DNA of 64,000 nucleotides. It comes from the human T2T-CHM13v2.0 reference genome, Homo sapiens. The position numbers and the translations under genes are program-made. The stretch's first letter is position 1. Each line of letters opens with the position of its first letter. The stretch lies in the NCBI RefSeq assembly GCF_009914755.1, contig NC_060937.1; one strand, given 5' to 3'. Below the pieces are notes generated by a model that had not been told where the DNA came from, made no database searches, and saw nothing but the letters and a program-made list of their open reading frames with translations. Shown piece by piece: positions 52,311 through 64,000 of this stretch.

Positions 52311-52629
52311 GTACACGTTTTAATAACATTATTTATTTTAAATGTTAACTGTTTCCACCCAGGAGCTCCTGAGCCCTCAACTCCAGTGCTGGTATTCATA
52401 TTCCACATGGAGCCCTGCAGCATCTCAGGTATTTATCATGTACTCACACGCTGAATAAAATATTACAGTCAGGAGGTAGCAGGGTACCATGGAGACACAA
52501 GACCCGTTAGTGAACTTCCATTTGACCATGTCTTAGGCAAGTCAATTAATTTAAAAGAACAGAGAGAGCATCTGCCCTGTCCTCCCCAATAATTACTGCC
52601 ACTGCCACTGCCACCCACATTTCAGCATG

Positions 52630-52880
52630 GATTAGGTATCAGGCACCATCAAACATACCACAGGTCTTACCTATGTTAATCTTTACAACAACCCTACAAG
52701 GTAGGTGTTATTAGTATTTCCATTTTATATGTAGGGAAACTGAGGCATGGAGGAATTAAGCCTACATAAGTGATAAACTGAGGCATGGAGGAATTAAGTC
52801 CACAAGGGTGATAAGTTATGGATCTATGAGATGAAGCCAAGCAATCTGACTCCTGAGTCCTTCCTCTTAACCACTACACT
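52630..52880. mobile_element. MIR with an internal 38-bp-period duplication
   Basis: acaacaaccctacaaggtaggtgttatt...ggaaactgaggc; aaactgaggcatggaggaattaag at 52737 and 52775. Confidence 0.75.
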
Positions 52881-52969
52881 CCAACTGCTGTTTCAGACTT
52901 CCTGAAAAGTGAAAAGACAAAAAAAGTCATAAAGAGTTCACATGGGGTTGTTCAAAGAGTGAAAAACAA

Positions 52970-55125
52970 ATGTACAGAACACATCTAGAGTCCAAGTCTT
53001 GGTTTCCAATACTATTCTCCAGTAATAGGAAGCAGGACTCCCTGGAGAAATGGCTAATTTGAAGACAGAGCCAGAAAATATACAAGATGAGCCCGGAGCA
53101 GTTTGTAGCACCAAAAAGAAAAAGAAAGTATTAAAAAAAAAAAAAAAAACGCATCGATGGGGCATGTCAAAGGGATAGGGGCCCGATATAGGAGCTCCCA
53201 ATGGCCAAAGCTGGAACTTGAGCCACAAAATTAATACAGCAATACTGGATTATAACACAAAGTATACCACAAATAAATGCTTGAATAAATGAAGAAGAAG
53301 CCAAATCTCCCTTGCAGAAAAATGCCAAATAATTTATGTAGTTACTCCCCCTTAGGCAGGTAGGGCATCACCCCCACTTCCGTGTGCAGAGTGACCTCCT
53401 TCCAAAAAGCACAGTATGGAAGAGGGAAAAGTTAGGGTCACCACGCAGTGGAGAAACCTGACAAACCCTCCCTCAGCCAGGTGTTCAAAGTCACCATCAA
53501 CAGTGGTAACTCACATTGAGAGTATGCACTCTTGATATAAGACAAAGTGAAAACGATGCTTTATCCCTGTGGTCTTCCTCCCCAAAACCCATAGCACCAT
53601 TCTCATCATGAGAAGAACATCGGACAAATCCTAACGGAGGGACATTCTACAAACTACTTGACTGGTGCTCCTCAAAACTGTTAGGGTCATCAAAAACAAG
53701 GAAAGTCTGCGTAACTGTCACAGTTTAGATGAGTCAAAAGAGAAATGATTATTGTAATTTGGTATCCTAGAGGGGATCCTGGGACAGCAATAAGACACTA
53801 GGTAAAAACTAAGGAAATCTGAATAAAATGTGAATGTTGTTAAATAATAATGTGTTGGTCATGAATAGCCAATATTATTAAAATTATTAATAAACGATGT
53901 TAACAATAATATATTGGTTCATTAATTGTTACAAATGCACCATATTAATGTAAGATGTTAATAATAGGGGAAATTTGGTGAGATGACATATGAAAACTCT
54001 CTATACTATCTCCACAATTTTTCTGTAAAAATGTAAAAATTGTCTAAAAAAATAAAGGTTTTTTTTAATGAAAGCATGTAACAGCAGTTCCATTCCTAGG
54101 TATCTACCCAACAGAAATGAAAACATGTCCACAAAAAAACTTGTACACCAATGATTATAGCAGCATTATTCATAACAGCTAAATGCAACAGATACAATGT
54201 GGCATACCCATATAACAGAGCTATTCAGCCACAAAAAGGAATGAAATGCTGACACATGCCACATGGATGAATGTTGACAACATTATGCTAAGTGGAAGAA
54301 ACCAGTCACAAAGGTTCACGTATTGTATGATTCCATTTATAAAATGTCCGGAATAGACATATCCATAGAGACAGGAAGTAGATTTGTGGTTGCCCAGGGC
54401 TAGGGGAGGAAGGAATGAAAAGTGATAGCTAGTGGGTCCAAGGTTTGGGATGATGAGCATGTTGTAAAATTGATTGTGGTGATGGATGCACAACCTTGTG
54501 AATATACTAAAACCACTGAATTGTACACTTTAAATGGGTGAATTACAGCTCAGTACTGCTGTTATTAAAAATAAATGTTTGTAAACATGCTTTGACAACC
54601 AACTCGTGCCGTAAAAATGTAAAGCAATAATACTTAAATTTTCATAAGAGTGGATGGAGCCAGTAAATAATAATAATTAATAATAATAATACTTAAATTT
54701 AGTTGAGTAGAAGGGTGAGGGGGAAACAAATGTCACATTTGGCATAATGTAGGGAGTTGCCTTAAGGTGTGAATGCAAAAAACAGCTATCTGTGTGCAGA
54801 GTCTTAGGCTTTTAAGAATAAACACTAACTCAGCCTTAAAAAGAAACGACACATGCCACAACACAGATGAATCTTGAGCACATTTTGCCAAATGAAATAA
54901 GCCAGTCACAAAATGACAAATGCCCTACGATTCCACTTACCTGAGGTACCCATAGAGACAGAAAGCTAGAAGGGTGGATGCCAGGGGCTGGGGCTGGGGG
55001 AAATGAGCAGCTGTTGTTCAATGGGTACAGAGTTTTAATTCTGCAAGATGAAAAGATTGATTGTACAACAATGGGAACATACTTAACACTACTGAACTGT
55101 ACACTAAGAACTGTTAAAATGGCAA
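52970..55125 (+). mobile_element. Cluster of old L1 3' fragments (L1MC/MD/MB-like)
   Basis: gagaaatggctaat...caagatgagcc; ggagaaacctgacaaac; acattatgctaagtggaagaaaccagtcacaaa; aaatgaaataagccagtcacaaaa. Confidence 0.7.
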
Positions 55126-55128
55126 GTT

Positions 55129-55432
55129 GGGCTGGGCGCAGTGGCTTACGCCTATATTCCCAGCACTTTTGGAGGCTGAGGCAGGTGGATCACTTGAGGT
55201 CAGGAGATCAAGACCAGCCTGGCCAACATGGGGAAACCCCATCTCTACTAAAAATACAAAATTAGCCAGGTATGGTGGCGGGCACCTGTAATCCCAGCTA
55301 CTCAGGAGGCCGAGGCAGGACAATCGCTTGAACCGGTGGGGAGGAGGTTGCGGTGAGCCAAGATGGCACCACTTCACTCCAGCCTGGGCGAAAGAGCAAA
55401 ACTCCATCTCAAAAAAAAAAAAAAAAAAAAAA
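55129..55432 (+). mobile_element. AluS-like
   Basis: Full length with a long A tail. Confidence 0.93.
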
Positions 55433-55479
55433 GGCAAATTGTATGTTATGTCTATTTTACTATGCTAAATGTGGTTTAA

Positions 55480-56000
<521 letters not shown>

Positions 56001-56018
56001 AAAAGATAATTTTGAACA

Positions 56019-56303
56019 GGCCTGGCTCACACCTGTAATTCCAGGACTTTGGGAGGCTGAGGCGGGAGGATAATTAGAACCCAGAAGTTCAAGAAGAGCC
56101 TGGGCAACAGAGGGAAACTGCATCTCTACAAAAAAAAATTTTAAATTAGCTGGGTGTAGTGGCACATGCCTGTGGTCCCAGCTACTCAGGAGGCTGAGGC
56201 AGGAGGATCACTTGAGCCCAGGAGTTCAAGGATGCAGTATGCAGTGAGCTACAATCACGCCACTGTACTCCAGCCTCAGACAGAGCAAGACCCTGTATAA
56301 AAA
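56019..56303 (+). mobile_element. AluJ-like
   Basis: Head-to-head with the preceding AluY. Confidence 0.88.
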
Positions 56304-56457
56304 AGAAGGTAATCTTGCTCTACCCAAAGTCAACTTTCTCAATACAGTCTTTATCCTGGGACAAAACTCTGAAAAAAATTCTACCTCTGGCACCCACCTT
56401 ATATGGGTGTGCAAGCCTGGGAGTGGATGGAGAGACAGGAGCAGATGACAAATGCAG

Positions 56458-56538
56458 TACAGGCCGAGTGGGCCTTATTCAAAATGCTTGGGCCCAGTAT
56501 TTCAGATTGCAAATTGTTTTTGGATTTTGAAATCTTTA
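56458..56538 (+). mobile_element. Tigger4/MER46-like fragment
   Basis: tacaggccgagt...ttattcaaaatgcttggg...tttcagatt...ggattttgaaat. Confidence 0.55.
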
Positions 56539-57240
<702 letters not shown>

Positions 57241-57369
57241 CTAGCACTCACCTTCATATTCCTGGCATGTTGTAGAGGCTCAATAAATGTGAAAAAGCCA
57301 TGGTTATCAAGTGAAAAATACGAGATAACGGTCAGCTGGCTCTTGCCATGGGGTTAATTAGAAGGCAAC

Positions 57370-58635
57370 GATGACTCACTGAGGAAATACGTAAAGGGCA
57401 CCTACCATGTGCAGGCACTGCCCAGTTCCTGACCCCAAGGAGCTCATAGTAGGTAGGCAGACAACAAACTAAATAAGCAAAAGCACTTGGGAGAAAGAAA
57501 GCAGGGGAGTAGGGACTGAGAGGCAGAGAAATGTTAAAAGCGCCACCAGGGACTGTCTCACTGGGAAGGTGACATTTTAGCAACGGAGGTAAGGGGCCAA
57601 GCCATGAGTGTATTTCTGCGACAAGTGTTCCTCAAAGAGTCTGTTTGCCCAGCTGGTCCAGATCAACAAGGCTGGTGCTCTGCTGGAGGGGCGGTGGGGG
57701 GAGAGGAAGGAGGGGACAATGAGGTCAAAGGGAAGGAGAGAACGGTGAGCTCATTGCATGGCACCTCAGAAGCAATGGAGGGATTTTGGTTTTTACTGAG
57801 TGAGATAGTTGGCTAATAGAAGGTTTTAGACAAAAGATATCATCTGACTTCTGTTTTTAAAGGGACATTCTAGTTGTCTTACTGAGAATATACTGCAGAA
57901 GGGCAAAGATGGAAGTCAGGAGACCAGCTGGGTGTCAGGAGGCTGGTGCCCGATGCGATGGGAGGCGGGACCAGGACGGAGGCAGAGGGGGTGCTGGAAA
58001 GGGGTCAGCTGAGAAATGAATGTGCAGTATTTTCACAGTACAGCCAAGAAGAATTGCTGGCGAATTGCATGTGGATGTGAGAAAAAGAAAAATGGAGGAC
58101 AGTGCCAAGTTTCTTTTGGACAAGAAAGGATGGAGATGTCATTAACTCTGCTGGGAAAGACTAGCAATGGAGCAGATGTTAGGAGGGAAGATCAGTTCAA
58201 AACGGGATGTTTTCAGTGAGAAATGCTAAGGGTGGGTCTAGCAAATCGCTGGCTGTAAGTATCCAGGTTCAGAGCCAAGGGCTGGGCTGGGATATTAATT
58301 TGGGATTTACTGTAGAGATGTGGTATTAAAAGTGTGTGACTGGGTGAGATCTCTAAGAAAGTGAATATCGATAAAGAAGTCCAAGGATTCAGCCTTGGGA
58401 CACTCCAACTTTAATGGGGAAGAATATGGGGACAAAAGGGAGTGCCAGTGAGATGGGAGGGGGGTGTAGTCAGGAAAGTGAAGGGAGCTGCCATCTGCAT
58501 CAAACGCTGCTGATGAACACTTGAACTGAGGATTGACCATTGGGTTTTGCAAGATGAATGGCGGTGGGGACCATGACAAGAGCAGATTTGTGGGATTGAT
58601 GAAAGACTGCTCAGGGTAGGTTTAAGAGAAAATGA
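57370..58635. mobile_element. Long L2 fragment
   Basis: cacctaccatgtgcaggcactg...ggagctcatag; tggttttactgagtgagat; gactgggtgagatc; gaactgaggattgaccattggg. Confidence 0.7.
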
Positions 58636-59400
58636 GCCTCTAGCCCTAACTACCAGTTTCAGGAAATGAAGGGATGGTGGAACATGATAAATGACACTAC
58701 ATGGGTTGGGCGCAGTGGCTCACGCCTGTAATCCCAGCACTTTAGGAGGCTGAAGTAGGTACATGGCTTGCACTCGGGAGTTCAAGACCAGCCTGGGCAA
58801 CATAGCGAGACCCCATCTTGGGAAGGGAAGGGGAGGGGAGGGGAGGGGAGGGAAGGGATACATTCAGCAAAACCTAGAATATGGGAAATTTTACAGGGCA
58901 AATGACTCAAATTCTTCAGTAGATAAACAGCAAGAAAAATTTTACAAAACCAGAGAGGGATGAACAATCTATAGATCGAAAGAGCTAAGAATCTTATTGA
59001 CTAAATATAACATGTGGGCCTTATTTAGACCCTAAATCAATCAAGCCAAGTATTTAAAAAATTAATCAGGGAACTCTTGAATATGGAAGAGATATTTAAA
59101 GATATTACATGAAGATATTAAGGAATTGTGTTAATGTTTTACCATGATGATGCTATTGTGGTTATATAGTTTTAAAACAGTCCATATCTTTTAGATACTA
59201 TACATGCTGACATATTTACAGACGAAATGATTCAATGCCTGGCATTTGTTTCAGAACAATCCAGAGAAGGGAGAATAACTGAAACCATATTAGCCATGTG
59301 TTAATAATTGTTGAAGTTGAGGGGGTGGGGGAAGGTACTTTAAGGTTCATTGCACTGTTCTCTCAACTTTAACACAGTTTGAAATGTTTCCCTAACACAA
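58636..59400 (+). mobile_element. L1MC-like fragment with a nested Alu monomer (58703-58818)
   Basis: ccctaactaccagtttcaggaaat...; gatattaaggaattg; aggttcattgcactgttctctcaactt. Confidence 0.6.
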
Positions 59401-59689
59401 AGTTAAGAGAGAGAATATGGATAGGAAGAAAGAAACTGGAGACAATATGGATAAGTTTATTAAGTTTTGAGGAGCAATGTGGCAATTACCAGAGGGAAAA
59501 ATGGGGTCAAGAGAGGGTGCTTTTCTGTTTTCAGGGAACAACTATATGTTTGCTGGCTGCGGGGTCTGAACCCTGGAGAGGGGAAGCAATCATGAGGGAG
59601 GGAGCATGGTGCTTTGGTCTGGGGCTAATGCACCTGCCTCCATGGCTTGGGTCTTACCCCGCTGCTGTTGCTCAGGGAAAGGCAGCCCC

Positions 59690-60680
59690 CTAATCAAACA
59701 GGCAGCAAATCCTTGGAATCGCAATTATCTGACCTGAGGGAGGGTAACCATCGGCCAGGATTCTGGCATCAAATATCAGGTGATTGGACTGGGCCCCACT
59801 TCCCTTTCAGTCTTGAGATTGGCCCCTTCATTGCAGAGGACCAACAGCAGACCGCTGACCCCTGGGGACCAGCTGGTGTCTTTTCCCCCACCCCTTCACG
59901 CCCACACACTCAGTCATTGCTGATTGGACATGGATTGGACACCTGACCCAAAGCAGCCAATCAACTGGCTTAGGAGCACCCTATAACATCTGCAGCCTGG
60001 GATGCACAGAGGTGAAACCACTGGGTTTCCTCTCTTGAAAATTGGACCCGGGCCGGGCGCGGTGGCTCACGCCTGTAATCCCAGCACTTTGGGAGGCCGA
60101 GGTGGGTGGATAACGAGGTCAGGAGATCGAGACCATCCTGTCTAACACGGTGAAACCCCATCTCTACTAAAATATAAATAATTAGCCAGGCGTGGTGGCA
60201 GGGGCCTGTAGTCCCAGCTACTCGGGAGGCTGAGGCAGGAGAATCCCGTGAACCCGGAGGCGGAGGTTGCAGTGAGCGGAGATCACGCCACTGCACTCCA
60301 GCCTGGGCGAAAGAGCGAGACTCCGTCTCAAAAAAAAAAAAAAAAAGGAAAGAAAGAAAGGAAGGAACGAACGAACGAAAAAAAGAAAGAAAGAAAGGAA
60401 ATAAATTGGACCCAAAATACAGAAAAAAAATCAGTAAGAGGCACTATACTTGAAAGAGGATAACCTTAGGGTTGGCAGTGATGTGCAAGATAAAGTCACA
60501 GGGAAGGAAAGAAAAGTGAGCAAGTACAAGGAGAGGGAATCTACAGAGCAAAGGAAGCTACAGAGAGGCACAGGGACCAGATTGCACGGCCCCAGAGCTA
60601 GAAAGTTCCCTGGCTTGGTTTTCCTCAGGTTTCTGTTTCAGGTTTCCCTCAGTATTGTTCCCCAATACTACCTTACATCA
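59690..60680. mobile_element. Probable old ERVL LTR (LTR16-like) split by an AluY
   Basis: gctgattggac...ggacacctgacccaa...gccaatca motif; diverged. Confidence 0.45.
60051..60400 (+). mobile_element. AluY, CpG-rich, with (GAAA)n tail extension
   Basis: TSD aaattggaccc. Confidence 0.94.
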
Positions 60681-61261
60681 GGCCCAAGAATAATTAACTT
60701 CCTGTCCTGAGAGCTTGTGACATCTTATTGGCCTTTTTTCCAACCACTATATGCCTGGGGACCTCAAAATGGGAGCCAGCGATAGAGATAATTCAATGCC
60801 CTTCCCACTGTGACTATTGCGACATGTCTTAAAGCTTCTGAATTCATGAATCTTAATGGGTACTACAAAAGGTGAATGCAGATGAACATTTATTCTGTTA
60901 CACAGTAGCAAAGCAGCAGGGGAGAAAAGTGATATAATTGCTTCAATTCTATCATTAATGTCACTTAATTTTGAATAAATTCACTTTAGATACATTTGAA
61001 AGTATCTTTCCAGCTACAGTTACTTATTTACTGGGTAAAAATTGAAGTAAAACTGTTCCTACACTCATGATCTCAGTCTACTATGGAAATTTTGCCAGAA
61101 AGAGCTATTAAGTAACTCCTGCGAAGGGCACATTTAGTGTCTAAGCTGACTCAAAAGGCAAGGAGGGCATCCTAGGGTTTGCTGTGTATGTGTACAAAAA
61201 TCAGCAGGAAAATACCTAGAATAGCACTTCAAAGAAAATTCATGCCTCAGAAAGTTTCTTA

Positions 61262-61624
<363 letters not shown>

Positions 61625-62118
61625 TTATAGGATACCTTTCTTTCTTGCCTTTCTAGTTTATGGGATGTTTTTCTTGATATAAAACAACGTCCTACCAAGC
61701 CCTTCATAGGGCACATCAGTTAAAAAATAAGCAGTCTCTGTTACAAACCCTCAACTATCTGTCTATTGGGACCACGCATGGTGGATACAAATGGCAACAA
61801 TACAGTTTCTATCCTTAGGGGAAAGGCCCAGAAGCAGAACTTTTCCTGGAGGAGACAGTCCCTGAGCTTGATCCTGAAAGAGTGTGCCCCCTAAAAAGCA
61901 GGACAGGAGAAAGGGCATGCCCTGCACCAGGAACATTTTGTGTTCCTATTCTAAACAAGCTCAAGGGCTACAAGCTGAATCTTGCAGTGTGTATACAAAT
62001 ACAGAACTCATATTTTAGCGATTTAGAAACACAGTGTTTTATAAAGGTAAGGCTAACAAAATGAAAGCCTTAGAACACTACTCCAATGCAAATTTATCTT
62101 CATGATACCCATTTCTAC

Positions 62119-62424
62119 TTTTTTTTTTTTTTTTTTTTTTTTTTTGAGATGGAGTCTCACTCTATCCCCCAGCTGGAGTGCAGTGGTGTGATCTTGGCTC
62201 ACTGAAACCTCCGCCTCCTGAGTTCAAGCGATTCTCCTGACTCAGCCTCCTGAGTAGCTGGGATTACAGGCATGCACCACCACGCCCGGCTAATTTTTGT
62301 ATTTTTAGTAGAGACGGGATCTCGCCATGTTGGCCAGACTGGTCTCGAACCCCTGACCTCAGGTGATCTGCCCTCCTAGGCCTCCCAAAGTGCTGAGATT
62401 ACAGGCATGAGCCACCATGCCTGG
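62119..62424 (-). mobile_element. AluSx-like with a long poly-T
   Basis: Full dimer; ttctact flanks. Confidence 0.93.
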
Positions 62425-63187
62425 ACTTCTACTCCCATTTTTAAAAGTTATCACTACCAGATTTTCCTGCAGCCCTAGGCCCAAAAGAGTTTCTCTCATC
62501 CTCTTTCAAGCCCTCCCCATTCTGAAGGGACTTGCCCTGGATGTTTATAGGACAGCTAAGTGGCCCTAAGGAAGAGTGAACTTTGGAAAAAGATCAGCGG
62601 AAAAGAATTAAGTGGGACTGTATTCCTAGCAGGTACTTTCAAGATGAAATCTATAAACTGATAAGGAAAGCTGAAAACACAATATGCTCCTGAAATTGAA
62701 ATATGTATATTTTGGTCTGTTGAAACCTAAGAATGAAACTGAACCAGGTTTTGGCAAATTAATTGACATTCCCCAAGCCCTATTTGTTAAGTGGGTGTTC
62801 CTTGGAATCACCTGTGGGGCCAGGAAAGAAATAGAGGGACGAGAAAGAAGGGTGGTAAAGAGGAAGGGAAGAAACCAGCACTGTCCCAGAGGCAGAGCTG
62901 GGTGTGTGCTGAAGTGCTGAGGGTGGGGGAAAGACAAGATTTTCACACCAGAAAACAAAGAAACAAGCAGAGGCCCCAGAGAATTATGTGGTCCTTAAAG
63001 TTTGGAAGCCTTTCTCTAATTCCTTATCAACATCCCTCAAGGAATCAGAAGTAAACTGTTAACTGAAGCTCCTCCTCAGTAGACTGAGCCACCCACAGCC
63101 AGATAACTGCACAATCAACTAAAACTTTACTTCACATGTATTAGGTGCATGCATAACACTACTCCAAGGCATGATGGACCTATACAA

Positions 63188-63438
63188 GGCCAAGCAAGGT
63201 GGCTCACAACTGTAACCCCAACACTTTGGGAGGCCAAAGCGCTTGCACCCAGGAGTTCAAGACCAACCAGGGCAAGATGGTGAGACCCCATCTCTACCTA
63301 AAAATTTTAAAAATCAGCCGGGTATGGTGACACATGCCTGCTGTGGGAGGATGGCTTGAGCCCGGAAGGTGGAGATCCACCATGATAGTGCCACTGCACT
63401 CCAGCCTGGGCGACAGAGCGAGACCCTATCCTATTAAA
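63188..63438 (+). mobile_element. AluJ-like with internal deletions
   Basis: Shortened left and right arms. Confidence 0.8.
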
Positions 63439-63440
63439 AT

Positions 63441-63528
63441 TGTGTGTGTGTGCGCGTGCGCGCACGCATGCGTGTAAAAACTGTGTGTGTATATATATGT
63501 GTGAGTGTATATATATACACACACACAT
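63441..63528. repeat. Compound (TG)/(CG)/(TA)/(CA) microsatellite
   Basis: Read directly from the sequence. Confidence 0.9.
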
Positions 63529-63540
63529 AAACTCTGGTAA

Positions 63541-63887
<347 letters not shown>

Positions 63888-64000
63888 AAAGTGCACTTTT
63901 TAATATGCCTTCACTATTCAACCACGGGCACTCATGGGCCAGAAAGAACAAAGGCACAGTTAACTCCACTGCTCTGGAGAAAAGAAAGCTGACAACAAGG

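Overview
This is primate (very likely human) genomic DNA lying wholly inside CRYL1 (lambda-crystallin / L-gulonate 3-dehydrogenase, DFNB1 region of 13q12), transcribed on the minus strand. Only two coding exons are present, 51663-51770 (108 nt) and 28579-28705 (127 nt); both have canonical AG/GT sites and splice in frame. I number them exons 2 and 3 from recall of the gene. The rest is intron with about 50 Alus, L1/L2/MIR fragments, MaLR and ERV1 LTRs, DNA transposon fossils and simple repeats. Apart from the two ORFs overlapping those exons, the ORF-track entries look like repeat-derived or chance frames, and I see no new protein-coding system. The most unusual signals are DNA-repair scars: a 529-bp segment copied from 5070 bp away into the middle of an AluY, two patchwork templated insertions inside Alus, a 219-bp local duplication beside an AT-rich tract, a tailless TSD-less Alu, and several short tandem duplications. 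Regulatory or splicing candidates include an in-frame cryptic exon between two UG-rich tracts, a CTCF core with upstream motif, tandem ETS-like sites and a CCAAT cluster. Repeat boundaries and subfamily calls were made by eye and are approximate.
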